Shown: positions 24,776 to 37,753, counted from the whole stretch's first letter. The stretch is 63,813 nt of DNA, filler included, from Basidiobolus ranarum (GCA_040143965.1; 44 parts of 44 records of this genome joined end to end with filler, not necessarily neighbours in it); one strand, 5' to 3'. A program made the numbers and translations. The notes: generated by a model from the sequence alone, not told the origin.

Positions 24776-25821
24776 TCCTATTAGGGGCACCATTATTGAA
24801 GCCTGTTGGATGTTTTACAGCTCCAAGAAATGCCTGTTCTGCATTATTTTGCTGAGAATTGGATCTCCCTAATTCTTCATTCAAAATCATAGAACCAACA
24901 TATTCCATTGTTAATGGCTTTAATCTTGATTCTAGGGCAATTGTGAGGTTCCCAAACTCATCTGGCAGGCTACCAATAAGTGTCACAACTAAGTTATCTT
25001 CATTTAGAGGTGCTTCAATGGATGAGAGCTGATCTGCTTTAGTTTTTATCTGATTTATATGATTAAGCCCCGAATCATTGGGATTCATCTGAATCAAGAA
25101 TAATTTTCAACCAAGATATAGCCTATTAGCCAGATATTTAGTCTCATATAGTCCCTCAAGTGTTTCCCAAGCATTATGGATATTTTTGGCTGATTGTATG
25201 TGCCTTAATTGAGAATCTCTGAGATGTAGACAAAGTGTAGGGAGTGCTTTCCTCTGCTTCTTGTGAAAGGCAAGGATAGCTTCTGGTGGTCTCTTTGGCT
25301 CTATTTCTTTTCCTGTTACAAATCCCCAAAGGTTCTTGTCTTCTACCACCACTTGCATCTTGAACTTCCAAAGGTGCAAGTCTTCTTCATCAAACCTCTT
25401 TGTGGATGCAAAAACATTGGTTATAGTACAGGTAGACATTCCTTTAACAGCTAGCTTGAGGCTCGTAACCTGATAGAGGTGTTTAGGGGATTTGGTAGTG
25501 TTTTTGACAAAAATTGGATTTGTGAATTGGACACTTAAATTTTATTGCACTTAAGTAGTCCTATTTATGGTTAAAATGAAAGAAGACTATTGGATGTGCT
25601 TAGATCATAACAAACATGCCTGTTAAGCATAGGTGAAAATTTGAAATGATTTGGAGAAGTTTTGAGAAAATAGTGAAAATTGGTAAAAGTGATCTAATTG
25701 ATTTTTCTATCAATTAGAGCAATAAACACACATTTTTGAATGACAGAATTGAGTGCTAAATATTCAGAATATGAATAAACTAACTACTAAATAATGAGTT
25801 GCTATTTACCTAATTTCAACA
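24776..25821 (-). mobile_element. 5' end of a Ty1/copia element: 5' LTR-E (25471-25821), PBS (25459-25470), gag from 25439
   Basis: The minus-strand LTR TGTTGAAA..CTATCA is followed at once by GGTTACGAGCC. Gag reads FDEEDLHLWKFKMQ..AWETLEGLYE..LANRLYL. Confidence 0.88.
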
Positions 25822-26229
25822 TCTTACACTTCATGGCTGAGTAAGTAGCATTGGATTGTTGTTGATTAGTAAGTGTTTGATCCCTATTGGCAAGCACTTG
25901 CTCCCACTGAATCCCTTTGACAATATAATATATGGCTTATGGCTAATCCTAAGTTTGATGATTGACTGACTATTGTTTCATTGTGTATCTGGTGAACAGA
26001 TATCAGTGAGCATGTTAAAATCTGACTAGAAACTTTAGAGTTAAGTGTTGTATTTGGATAATGATATTGTGTGTGCCTAGTGGAGTAAACTTTGTTGATT
26101 TGACAAGATCTGCAGCAAGAAACTGCAATNNNNNNNNNNNNNNNNNNNNNNNNNNNNNNNNNNNNNNNNNNNNTTAATTAATTAANNNNNNNNNNNNNNN
26201 NNNNNNNNNNNNNNNNNNNNNNNNNNNNN

Positions 26230-27583
26230 AATTTGCTTGGGTGATAATCTGACAGTATTTTTAGGAAAGCTGCAAGACAGACTTCTTGGTGAGATAGATC
26301 AAGATATGTAGTATTATTATTTTAGCCATGGGGTAATCTATTCAAGCAATGACACATCTACTTGTGGCAGGACATTTGTTGACTGCAAGTTGTGGATATA
26401 TTGGCTGAATTCATTACAAAAATTTGCCAAAATCCAGAAGCTTATTCTCATTGTGAATGGTAACAAGAGTCAGCTATTTGCCAAGTGTCAGTGCTATTAA
26501 AATATCAGATCTATAGCAATGTTTCCATCATTAATTTGCTGGTAAAGCTTAGTGCTGTTGTGGAGTTATGTCTAATCAGTCAAGTATGTGCATATGTAGA
26601 GACTAAACACAAGATTCTTGTATTTCTTGGTTCTGATTATGGCTGGAATACAAACCCTAAAATATCTAAATAAAGGCATACTTATTAGTTTGAATAACTA
26701 CCACAGTAAACCCAGTAATATGCCATTCAAATATTATATTTTTGTAAAATTGCAGGATATTGGATAACACATGCCAAATTTGAGGATCAATATTTTAACA
26801 TGTTTGAATACTGTCACAATACTGTTAACAAACTGCCATCACACCATCAAAATCCCTGGCCAAATGCAAGCCACCAATATTGTGATGGTTCTCTGATGGT
26901 TTTGCTATTTTGGAGGGTGAATCTAATCTAGATCAAATCAATTTTATTTTTGTTAGGGTTACTCAGCTATATAATGGAAAATTCAATGCACCCTAAAGGC
27001 TCTAAGAAGCTATCTATAAGCACTGGTGATTTAGGTCCAAATATGATGGAAAGTATCAAAATATTATGACTCTTATACCATTAGGAGGGAGGCAGATATA
27101 AGTTAATTAAAATCATTGGCCAGCAGACCCTAACAAACATAAAATCAATTTGATACGGATCATATCTGTCATTCTGATCTCAATATCATTGGAAAGTGGT
27201 CACAACAATGGTGGCTTGCATGCTGCCAGGGATTTTGATGGTATCAGGGTGGTTTCTTGATGGTATTTTTACAGTTTTCATACATGTTAGAATATTGATC
27301 CACATATTGTTGAGGTTTATGGTCTTTACCATATTTATTATCACTATCTTTATACACCTAACTATTTCATATATCTCATATAAGTTAGTTAACATTACTT
27401 AGTCCAATATCACTTAGCTGAAAATTGGAACATATATCATATATATATGTGAATAATGTGAGAATTAGCAATTCCATATTGGAAATTTCAAACTTGTCCA
27501 AATTGCTCCAAAGATAGCTCATTTTACTCCCACAGATGTTCTGAACACAACCCCAGTGTTAGTTTTCTGTATTTCCACCAAAA
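26230..27583. mobile_element. CACTA transposase end with end A (to 26958), a second end A (from 27128), and LTR-D (27308-27583)
   Basis: TTTTGTTAGGG and CCCTAACAAAC termini. LTR-D homology. Confidence 0.8.
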
Positions 27584-27683
27584 NNNNNNNNNNNNNNNNN
27601 NNNNNNNNNNNNNNNNNNNNNNNNNNNTTAATTAATTAANNNNNNNNNNNNNNNNNNNNNNNNNNNNNNNNNNNNNNNNNNNN

Positions 27684-29037
27684 TAGAGATGAATAAAAGG
27701 CAGTAATATCTTGCTTCATTCCATGAACTTTGCAAAAGTGCTGAAATTATGTTGAAGGGTATTCTCCACCATTATCAGTATGTATTTTCTGGATCTTAGT
27801 TCCAGTTTCAGTCTCCACAAGTATTTTCAAGTCTCTCAAGATAGGGAGAGCTTCTTCTTCTCTTTCTATAAAGTAGACCCAAGTGTATCTTGTATAATCG
27901 TCATTAAATATGGTTAAATATATTTTCTTCATAAAGATAAATTTTGCATAGGTCCACATAGAGCTAAATGAATTGGATCCAATTTTTGACAGAATTGAAA
28001 AAACCAGAGCTCTTGAACATTTTCCTGGCATATTTTCCATATATACAATCCTCATAAATTTACATTTTGGATTGGAGGTTAATTTGAATTTCAGAAATTA
28101 GGCAATTTTTGCTCATTTTGCTCAAATGATAAAATCCATATGGCAAAATCTCTTATGCATAATTGAATAGTTTCTTGATTAGAATAACTTATACTTACAC
28201 ATAAACCTCTTGGATTATATGTAAGTTTGTACAAGTTCTGATCCTATTCTCCCAAAGCTCAATAATTTCCATGTTGTTCAGGGATGGTGCATCCTGACTT
28301 ATCAAAATAGAGTTTTAACTCTTCTGAGATGGCCTTGCATACAAATATTAAATTCTTTTACAATATATGGAACATGTTGCACATCCTTAAAAGTATACAC
28401 TTTCTCTTCAGAAGCTCCAGTTAAATTGATTTGAATTGCTCCCATTCCAATAGCACCCAATGTGTGGGCATCTCCCATGAAAACCTTTCTAATTGTGATT
28501 ACTTGATAATCAACAAACCAATTTTTTTCATTTGTTAAATGTTGGGAGGCTCCAAAATCAATTAACCTCATCTGAGAATCCTTGTTGGTAGTCATAACTA
28601 GAGCAGATATGAACAAGTGATCTTCTGCTGCAACCATATTTGCAGATTCAGTGTGTTTTTCTTCTTTTGCAATTCATTTAAAGCAATCTTTGCTTCAATG
28701 GCCAGTTCATTTGCAGTATTCACAGAATGTGTTATTTTGTTCTTGCAGTGCTTTTGACCTTTATAGTAAGGTTTCCATGGCCTTTTAGAGCATTTTCTTC
28801 ATTCTTTTGGTTGGATCCCAATTTGCATAAATCATCATCCAGAGGTCTCCCAAAGACATAATATAAGGTCAAATTTTCTGTTCCAGAATCTAGAGCCATT
28901 ACCCAGCTGTGAAACTTGTGAGAGAGTCTATTCCAGACTGTAGCTAAGATATCTTAATTGGTGGTAGCTACTCCAATGCATTCCATTTCATCCACTAAAA
29001 TAGTAACTCTATTAATTAGTGATTTAATATCTTCTGC
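27684..29037 (-). mobile_element. Decayed Ty1/copia gag-protease-integrase
   Basis: LIDFGASQHL, DDYTRYTWVYF, IHTDNGGEY. Confidence 0.9.
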
Positions 29038-29250
29038 NNNNNNNNNNNNNNNNNNNNNNNNNNNNNNNNNNNNNNNNNNNNTTAATTAATTAANNNNNNN
29101 NNNNNNNNNNNNNNNNNNNNNNNNNNNNNNNNNNNNNAATACATACTTTTTTGTTATCGTAGCCTAGCCATACTTAAATGTACCATGGTTTTTCTGATCT
29201 TGGGGTTATGAGAAGATATGCCAAGTTTTGTCCCTTCATTACTATAACCC

Positions 29251-29367
29251 ACATCAATTTAGTTACGTGACTAGACAAATATAACTTAAACATCAATTTA
29301 GTTACGTGGCTAGACAAATATAACTTAAACATCAATCTAGTTACGTAACTAGACAAATATAACTTAA
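29251..29367. repeat. 39-bp tandem repeat x3 with a palindromic core
   Basis: ACATCAATTTAGTTACGTGACTAGACAAATATAACTTAA at 29251, 29290 and 29329. Confidence 0.93.
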
Positions 29368-29669
29368 GTTCGCACTTGCTCAACCAACAAGGATTGTATC
29401 AATTATATATAGAGCAGTTGTATTAGTGATTTAGGGTTTTTAAACACGTTAGACCGTGTAACTGATTCATCGTGATATGTGCTAGTTGTGTCCTGATAAC
29501 TTCAATAACCTGCTCGTTATTGATCTATGCTGATACAGAACCAGGACATTAACTGGATCAACCCCAAACTCTGGCTGTACATTCAAATAGATGTATCTGG
29601 GTTTTTTGCCTGGTTTTAATATGTCGCCTATAAATAACACTTTGAATCATAAACCTACTATTATTAGTT

Positions 29670-30299
29670 GGACATTTTATACCATAAAGTGAGAATACAG
29701 AAACCTGATTGGCTGGAATCTTCTAACTTGCTGCCAAATAAAACCATTTTGCCACTTAAAATGTTTAACTTAAACCCAAAGTGATTTTTAAAAATTGGGT
29801 GTTTGAATAATTTTCATTTTGAGTCCAAGTTAGTATGTGCATACATTCAAAGTTATCTCCAAGAGCACTATTGATGTTTCAAGATCACAAGTAAACTTAT
29901 CACTTGTGTTTACACAATTGAAAATACTTTTAGTAGAAATATTTAGAACATACTTAACCACCAAGTATCAGTTGGTTCAAAATTAAAGGAAAAATACTTT
30001 TATAGTTTGAGCCAACAATAATTTGTCCCAAAGATTGAAAATGACTTTGAACCAGAAATTGGAAATAGCTTATAACATGAAGTAAAAATAACAATGTTCA
30101 TGAGAGTAAAAACACTCTATACCAGGAAGTGAAAATGCTTTTATAGCTTAAAGTTATAACTCTTTATACCATAAAGTGAAGACATTTCTGTAGCTTAAAG
30201 TGAAAGTAATTTTTTTCAAGGTGAAAATATATTTGTGCCCCAAAGTGAAAACAGTTTATTTCAAGGTGGAAATATATTTGTACCTTCAAGTGAAAATAC
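29670..30299 (+). repeat. Degenerate minisatellite with an AAGTGAAAA core
   Basis: Many imperfect AAAGTGAAAA(T)AC motifs about 22-27 bp apart, clearest at 30120-30299. Confidence 0.6.
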
Positions 30300-30491
30300 T
30301 GTTAAAGTTTTTGGGAGCCTGTTGGAAGTGGTTTTGGAGAATTAGAGGAATTGGTGGTTTTCACTTATTGATTTATTGAATAGAAAGTTGACATTTATAG
30401 TTTTGTCAAGATGTAAACAAACTAGCGTGTAAAATATGTTAAGGAAGGTCCTAGGAACATGTGTGCAAAGTTTGGGGCTTCTAGCACAAGC
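30300..30491 (-). repeat. LTR family F, 3' part
   Basis: TGTTAAAGT..GGGAGCCTGTTGGAAGTG, shared with 54504-54721 (next to a PBS) and 63745-63813. Confidence 0.8.
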
Positions 30492-30591
30492 NNNNNNNNN
30501 NNNNNNNNNNNNNNNNNNNNNNNNNNNNNNNNNNNTTAATTAATTAANNNNNNNNNNNNNNNNNNNNNNNNNNNNNNNNNNNNNNNNNNNN

Positions 30592-31003
30592 GCTGTTGTG
30601 CCCAATTGAAAATCAGGATACTGTGTTAGTGAGGGACAAATGATTGGCCTAAAAACATGTGAATGTCTTGGTTATACATTTGATTGGGTAAGTTACAGTA
30701 TATATTGTTTATTGTTACACATTCAGTAATTTGTAAGTTACAAACTAGCGGAAGAATTTATTTTGTCAGTAACCCAAAATTGTAATTTGGCAATACTAAA
30801 TTGAATAACTTGGTATGGGCTGGCACAATATCTCCAAAAAAATCATCGTGTCCGATTGTGGTGGGATAGTGCCATATTGTTCCTTATAGTGTCCAATTGA
30901 GTGTTATAGGACCCAGCCATGGTAATTGACAGATCGCGCCAAATGGTGTACTAGCAAACTGGATTGAGTGGCACAATCTGACCTGGTCTGATGGAACAAG
31001 TCT
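30592..31003. mobile_element. PHIS-type subterminal region and terminus
   Basis: TGGCACAAT motifs; ends ATGGAACAAGTCT. Confidence 0.55.
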
Positions 31004-31094
31004 AATAAAACTATGTACCCACTGTAACACTCATGGTATTACCAATGTACATGATGGTTATACTACCGTTATGTGAAAAGGCAAGGTTTTTTTT

Positions 31095-31944
31095 AGACCA
31101 TTTATGATCATGCATTTGCATTGGCTCTGGATGGTTTCTCACTAAGCAAATATACTGTTGGAAAGGCTTGCAGGCCAACAATTTTAATTGACTAAAATCT
31201 TCTTCCTTTTGAATAGTACAAGAGTCATATTATTTTGAAACTATCCATCATATCTAGGCCTAACTCACCAGTGCTTATGGATAGCTTCTTAGAGCCTTTG
31301 ATTGTGAAATTTGGCCAGCTATCCAATGGGGTTCAGATGGGTGAATATTTTATTAAAGTGAATATCATTGTAGGTATTGGTGACACTCCTGCCATCAGCT
31401 AACTTGGAGGTGTGTGTGGGCACAATGCAGTATCTTGCTGTAGATTTTGTTAAATCAATGGAGTTTACTCTAGCAGGCATATGCATTACTACTATCTAAA
31501 TATAACACTGACTCCATGATTTTACCATCAAGAGCCTGGTCAGATTTCAACATTCTCACTAATACCAAATCACTAGATAGTCTGTTTAATACCAAACTTG
31601 ATATTAGCAGTAAGCCTAAGTTTATATTGCTTAAGGGGATCAGCTAAACCCAGAGCTTCCCATTAGGCACAATATACTTATTATTCTACAACAATGCAAC
31701 ACTACTTACTCAGTGGTATAGTGGAAAATTCAATATGAATGAGCAATTCAAGATAGGATCAAAGTTTGAATTAATTGGGAAAATGCTTGAAAATGTCAAG
31801 ATACCATCAGATTTTACCACAACTCCCATCAATATCCACTCATCTAGGCCTTTATTCCAATGCAAAGACTGCAAGTATTGGATTTGTATGTATTCAAGTT
31901 GAATTTTGAAAAGATTTCTGACCGATAAGTATTGGCAACATTGG
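31095..31944 (+). mobile_element. Decayed CACTA (Tnp2/Transposase_21-type) transposase core
   Basis: AFALALDGFS, GDTPAIS. Homologous to 55717-56283. Confidence 0.85.
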
Positions 31945-32044
31945 NNNNNNNNNNNNNNNNNNNNNNNNNNNNNNNNNNNNNNNNNNNNTTAATTAATTAA
32001 NNNNNNNNNNNNNNNNNNNNNNNNNNNNNNNNNNNNNNNNNNNN

Positions 32045-32360
32045 GTTGGATAATTAATCTTTATTCAACATCATAGTTAACTTTAGTTATGATACATATA
32101 TCAGAAACAGAAAGCAACATATCTATAGCCCCTATATTCTAAATAGGAATATCTCCATATCTATATAACAAGTATGTCTTATTACCCCCACTTATCTACT
32201 ATATCTTATTAAACAAACTCCTGAATATCTCAAACAATTGATTTACTTTTCTACTATGTAAGTCACCATATATTCTTAAGAATAAACTAACTAAAACACA
32301 CTATCATAAGTTGCATCTAATACTCAAAGTCTACCCCCATTATGTCAAGATCCTCCAACA
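32045..32360 (+). repeat. LTR family A, near complete, next to copia RT (32361-33058) and CACTA end B (from 33059)
   Basis: Reverse complement of 38480-38796; ends TCCTCCAACA. Confidence 0.9.
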
Positions 32361-33497
32361 AAAATTCTATCTACTAAAGTGCTCAATACAATGCAGAAGT
32401 TGTAGTGCTGTTATCCCAAACCAGGAGATCAAATTAGATCAGAAATAGCCCTGATTACCATATCAAAGAGTCCCAAAATTAGGCCTGTGCCTGCACAATT
32501 TGAATGCATGAATCACAGACTGTAAAAGAGGCCCCAAAGGGCCCTCACACACATTCTTGGAGATCTGCAATGGCTGATGAGTACCAGGCTTTGATTGATA
32601 ATCAAACTTGGATTTTAACCAACTTACCTGATGATAAAAATCAATTGGCTTCCAATGGGTATTTGAAGTTAAATACAACTTTGATGGCTATATAGAAAGA
32701 TACAAAGCTACACTAGTAGCCAAAGGCTATTCCCAAACACCAGAAATAGATTAAACAGAGACTTTTGCTCCTGTAGCAAAGTTTAATTCAATAGATTAAT
32801 TTTAGTAATTTCAGCTAAAAATTATTTTCTGCTATATCAAATGGGTGTGGTAACTGTGTTTTTGGATAGTGAGCTCATTGAGGAGATTTATATGGACCAA
32901 CCAGATAGATTTATAGACCCAGAAAACCCTGAAAAAGTTTGCAGACTCTCAAAAACACTCTTTGGCTGAAAACAATCTCTAAGAGCTTGCAATAGCAAGA
33001 TAGATGCTTTATTAGAAACACTCAATTTCCAAAAGAGTAATGCTGATTATGATATCTACCCTAACAGAAGTTTGATGATTGTAATTGTAAGAAAACCATC
33101 ACAAATGTAATCCATTTGGGATTGACTGTTTACACACAATCATAAATTTGTCAAGTTGGATTTGATTACAATCAATTTTTCAGTTTCAGGAGTGAAATTT
33201 CAAGATCTTGGAAAATAGTTGCCCATGATTGAAGCAAAGAGTCTTGCTAACACACTCTTTCTCAGGTGAAAATTCTTCAATATAACGATGGAAAAGTCTG
33301 AAAGCATGGTTACTCATATTGCAAATGTGAGATCTTTGGCAAAACAACTGGAAAATATTGGTGCAACTTTACAGGAAGAAGATGTCATTATGACTCTNNN
33401 NNNNNNNNNNNNNNNNNNNNNNNNNNNNNNNNNNNNNNNNNTTAATTAATTAANNNNNNNNNNNNNNNNNNNNNNNNNNNNNNNNNNNNNNNNNNNN

Positions 33498-34120
33498 AAT
33501 TCCAAGTCAATAAAAATAACTGCACTTCTTGATTCATGTGCTTCCTCTTGTTTTATTGACTCTGCCTTTGTCCAATCCCTCTTTATCCCAACAATCAAGA
33601 AAACTAATTCAGTCATTGTAAAAGTAATTGCTGAAAGTCTGCTATCATCAGGTCATGTAACACATGAGACAACATTTATGACACTCATGTCCACTGCTGA
33701 TCAAGAAGTAATAGCCTTCAATATCCAACTCAGCATCAGCCCAAATCCTCAAAACATCTATTAAGCAATATCCATTGACAGTATTGCTGAAGAGCTGAAA
33801 CCAACAAAACTTATGGCTCATAAGCTTCCACACAAATACATAGCCTGTGCTGATGTCATTTACAAGAAGAAATCTGATATACTCCCAGCTTGCCACCTAT
33901 ATGATTGCCATATAGAACTACAAATAGGAAAACAACCACCATTTGGGCCTATCTATGGGCTGACTCAGCAAGAACTCAGCATCCTGAAAGAGTATATCTC
34001 AAGTAATCTAGAGAAAGGGTTTATCCAACATTCCAAGTCTCCAGCAGGCTCTCCAATCTTACTTTTTAAGCAAAAAGAAGATTCCCTTGATCTCTGTATT
34101 AATTATGGAGGCCTAAGTAG
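33498..34120 (+). mobile_element. Ty3/gypsy protease and RT N-terminus
   Basis: ALLDSCASSCFID, PPFGPIY, LEKGFIQHSKSPAGSPIL..LCINY. Confidence 0.9.
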
Positions 34121-34378
34121 TATGAGAGTCAGAAAATGAATACTGGGATGATGACAAGTAGTAATTGTTATTTGACAACCAGGATATGATGTTTATTTGA
34201 AAAGATATGGCTCCTATTTATACTTTTCTGAAAGTAGAAATGGTTACTAATGAGAATTTCTGGAAAGTCACAGCAAATTCTATTGGTGGGGATCCAGGGA
34301 TATGATATCATCATAAGTCATAAGAATAGTAATCTATGGAATGTTCCAGAAGGTGGTAGAATAATCCCGAATGTCACA
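34121..34378 (-). repeat. Putative LTR, family C
   Basis: Non-coding insert TATGAG..TGTCACA, with AATAAA and TATAAATA on the minus strand. Only one copy here and no TSD. Confidence 0.4.
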
Positions 34379-34439
34379 CAATACTCTGGCAAAATCAAGT
34401 TTTGATTAGTCAAAATTCAATTGATCATCAAATATTCCA

Positions 34440-34850
34440 AGAATCTTGTGGAGTTGTTATAAGCAAATTCAGCAAGAGGCAAGAGTTGTGTCCAATTATC
34501 CTGATTATAGTTGATAGTGCATTGCAAATATTGTTTGAAAACTTGATTGACTTTTTCTGTTTGGCCATCAGATTGGGGATGGAAGGCAGTGGAGAGATTG
34601 GAAGAGATACCCAAGGTATGGAGGAGACTTTTCCAGAATTTGGAAGCAAACTGAGGTCCTTGGTCACAGATGATAGTTTCAGGTAGTCCATGAAGGTGGA
34701 AGATGTTTTGAGTTACCTATTCTGCTGTTTGTTTTGCATCAATTGACTTGTTGCAGGGCACAAAGTGGGCCATCTTTGTTAGATGGTCAACAATTACCAG
34801 AATTGAATCATATTTGGCAGACAAGGGTAGATCAGTTATGAAATCCAGGG
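34440..34850 (-). mobile_element. Ty3/gypsy integrase core
   Basis: DFITDLP, VDHLTKMAHFVPC, STAFHPQSDGQTEKVNQ, LAEFAYNNS. Confidence 0.92.
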
Positions 34851-34950
34851 NNNNNNNNNNNNNNNNNNNNNNNNNNNNNNNNNNNNNNNNNNNNTTAATT
34901 AATTAANNNNNNNNNNNNNNNNNNNNNNNNNNNNNNNNNNNNNNNNNNNN

Positions 34951-35466
34951 CTTGAGTTAGATTCTGGCATGTTAATGCCTTCCAAAGTGGATAGAGGATT
35001 GCTAGACTGCTCATCAATTAAGTCCTCTGTTCTTGCTGGTTTTTTTCCTCTTGTGCCAGCAGGCTTTGGCTTGGAAGCCAATTTTGACTTAGATTTTGAA
35101 CACTTTTTGAATGGCATTGAAATTTTCAGATGGTAAACTTGGTGTAATGAAATTGCTTAGAAACAGCTTATAATCAACCAAAATTGCCATCCATTACTGA
35201 AAATATCTTGTAAATCCCCTGATGACTATTTTGTGACTGTGTCTCAGAATCAGCTGAGGATATTGATGGGATAAACCTAAAATACCACCCTTATGTACAA
35301 GGTGTTTCTGTTTTATAATATCCTTCTCATGCCACAACACAAATGCTTAAAGAAGCCCTGCTATCATTGTCACAAATTCTTGAGCTATGAAATCTGGAGG
35401 CTTCATGGTAAAATAGTCACAAGCACAGTCACTGTACAAAGCCACCAGCTGCACAAAGCCTGGTGA
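34951..35466. mobile_element. Central divergent region of the CACTA-like element: ORF2 start (-, 35117) and probable transposase start (+, 35329)
   Basis: MPFKKCSKSKSK on the minus strand. MPQHKCLKKPCYHCHKFLSYEIWRLH (CxxC..H) on the plus strand, about 210 bp away. Confidence 0.6.
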
Positions 35467-35569
35467 ATATCAACAGTAATAAGTGCACAAAATCAACTTT
35501 AGTTTTGCTCACTTAGTCCACTGGCTGTGCTTTACCTCAAAGTTTTGGTAACACTGCTGAAAGTCAAGA

Positions 35570-36302
35570 CCCCAACAGAAATTTGAGAATTGTTATCACA
35601 ATAAAACCTTCACAATTTTAATCCATTTTGAATTGACCATGTACCTACAGTCATAATATTATCAAGTTAGATTTAATTTCAATCAATTTTTTCAGTTTAG
35701 GGAGTTAAAATTCAAAATCTTACAAAATAGTTGCACTTGATTGGCTACAATCTCAGAAAACTATAGATCAACACATGTGCAAAAAACATAACTCAAATTT
35801 TACACATTCACCACTTGAATGCTAATTTGTCATCTTCAAAATCCCTGGTTTTGTTGATATATTTTCATGAATATTTTCATAGAGTTCTTCATACCCAAGG
35901 TTTAGCTCATATTCATCATGTGTTCATATTAATATCTCCATCAAAGCCCATCATTAATAAAATGTTGCTGAAACTACAGTCTTCTAACTATCTGGCACAT
36001 GCCCTGCATTATTGTGCCACTCTGTATTAAGTTTTTCCTGGACATCTGCATGGTCAACACCAGACTGAATGTCAAGCTGATTGTTCTTCTTCTGAAGCTA
36101 CTCTTTGCATACTAGCACCACATTTTTCCTTTTCACTTCTGAAAATATACCTCAAGCACTTTTACTATTTTTATACATCCTTGTAGTGTGACACTACTCA
36201 TGGTGCTTTGTGGTGTTTGTGTGGCTTTTTGCTTGCGTTTGAGTTTGGGGCTAATTTTGACACTGTGAAAAGTACCAGTTGAGGTTGGAAAGTCATGTGT
36301 TT
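35570..36302 (-). mobile_element. CACTA-like end B and ORF2 3' region
   Basis: CCCCAACAGAAAT; homologous to 59579-60242. Confidence 0.78.
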
Positions 36303-36402
36303 NNNNNNNNNNNNNNNNNNNNNNNNNNNNNNNNNNNNNNNNNNNNTTAATTAATTAANNNNNNNNNNNNNNNNNNNNNNNNNNNNNNNNNNNNNNNNNN
36401 NN

Positions 36403-37753
36403 TTTGGCTTGTTGAGAGGGGCCAGGTGTTGGATAAACTTCCAAATTTAGCACTCTTTCAACTGGTGTACCTGGTTCCATGGTGAAATTAAGCTTTTTTG
36501 CAAATATATCTGACTTTGGAAAAGCAGATCTTCATACAGGTGTGAAGAATTTGGTAAGAGGACAGTAGAGCCTAAACTCACTAGCCCCTTTGCTTTTCCC
36601 TTTGGTTTACTAACTTCCTGCACCTTCAGTACTTCTTTAGCTGCTTTTCTTTCTTTTCCAAGTCAATATTTGGGTACATTTATGAGATATTTCATCAATA
36701 GGCCTATACTAACCAATTGCCATTCACTTGTAAAAACCCAGGATAAGCAACATGAAATAAGTCAAGAATATTCAAAGTAATACCAGGTTTTTGGTTTTTC
36801 CACAATTAGCTCAAATCCAGATGATTTTGGGCAAGATTCTGCCCAGTTTCCAAGATGTTAAACTACTCATCATCAGAGCAAGTGATGGCAGCTCTGACAT
36901 TCAGAGTCTTTTGGTTTGCTGGTTTTCCTATAAGATATCTATCTTCATGTGCCCAAACAATTTCTGGTTGTTGTGTAGGCTTAAAGGTCAGACACAATAT
37001 TCTGCTCTGCTAGATTGTCACAGTGACATTTATATGCATGGTGTGGATTGATTGAAATCCCATATGAGAATGGACAGAGGGAGTGGCATGTAGCTGTAGC
37101 TCAAGTACAGCATTCTGAAGGTCTTGTTTAATTGTTGAGTGACTTGTTGATTGTCAACTAGTTGTTTCCAAATGCTACATTGATTGCAATATGGCGGCAA
37201 CTTTACTTGTCATGGCCTGTATAGCAACATTGTAGTTTTAACTTATCATTGCATACAAATCATTATGGTGTTCTGCCTGCAATTACCTTGTTGTAGTATT
37301 TCTATCCAAATATTCTGCCAAAGGTTGCTCAACAATGGGCAAAGTAGCAATTTTGGAAGTTGATGGTCTTAATGGTATTTTTGGTGGACCTTTGCTCAAC
37401 TATTGACTTACTATATGATTTGGGGATTTCAATCTCTTCTTTTGCACTATGGCTGGAAAGGAACACATTTGGTAAATTGATTGATGCTTCATCATTGCTT
37501 GTGTTAGTTTTCAGCATGTTAACTCCTTCCAAAGTCAATAGTGGATTGCTAGATGCTCTTCAAAGTCCTCCATTATTGCTGGCTTTTTTCCTTTTGTGCC
37601 TGCAGGCTTTAGCTTGGAAGCCTATTTTGATTTGTATTTTTGAGCACTTTTTGAATGGCATTGAAATTTTCAGATGGTAAACTTGGTGTAATGAAATTGC
37701 TCAGAACCAGCTTAAAAAAACTCGCCATCTATTACTGGAAATATTTTTGTAAA
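36403..37753 (-). mobile_element. CACTA-like ORF2, N-terminal two-thirds, decayed
   Basis: Homologous to 5840-7198 and 23322-24426. Confidence 0.78.

Noticed and set aside
29174-29383. Repeat protein MFKLYLSSHVTKL
   Set aside because: It is a by-product of the 39-bp DNA repeat, with a non-ATG start and no other support.
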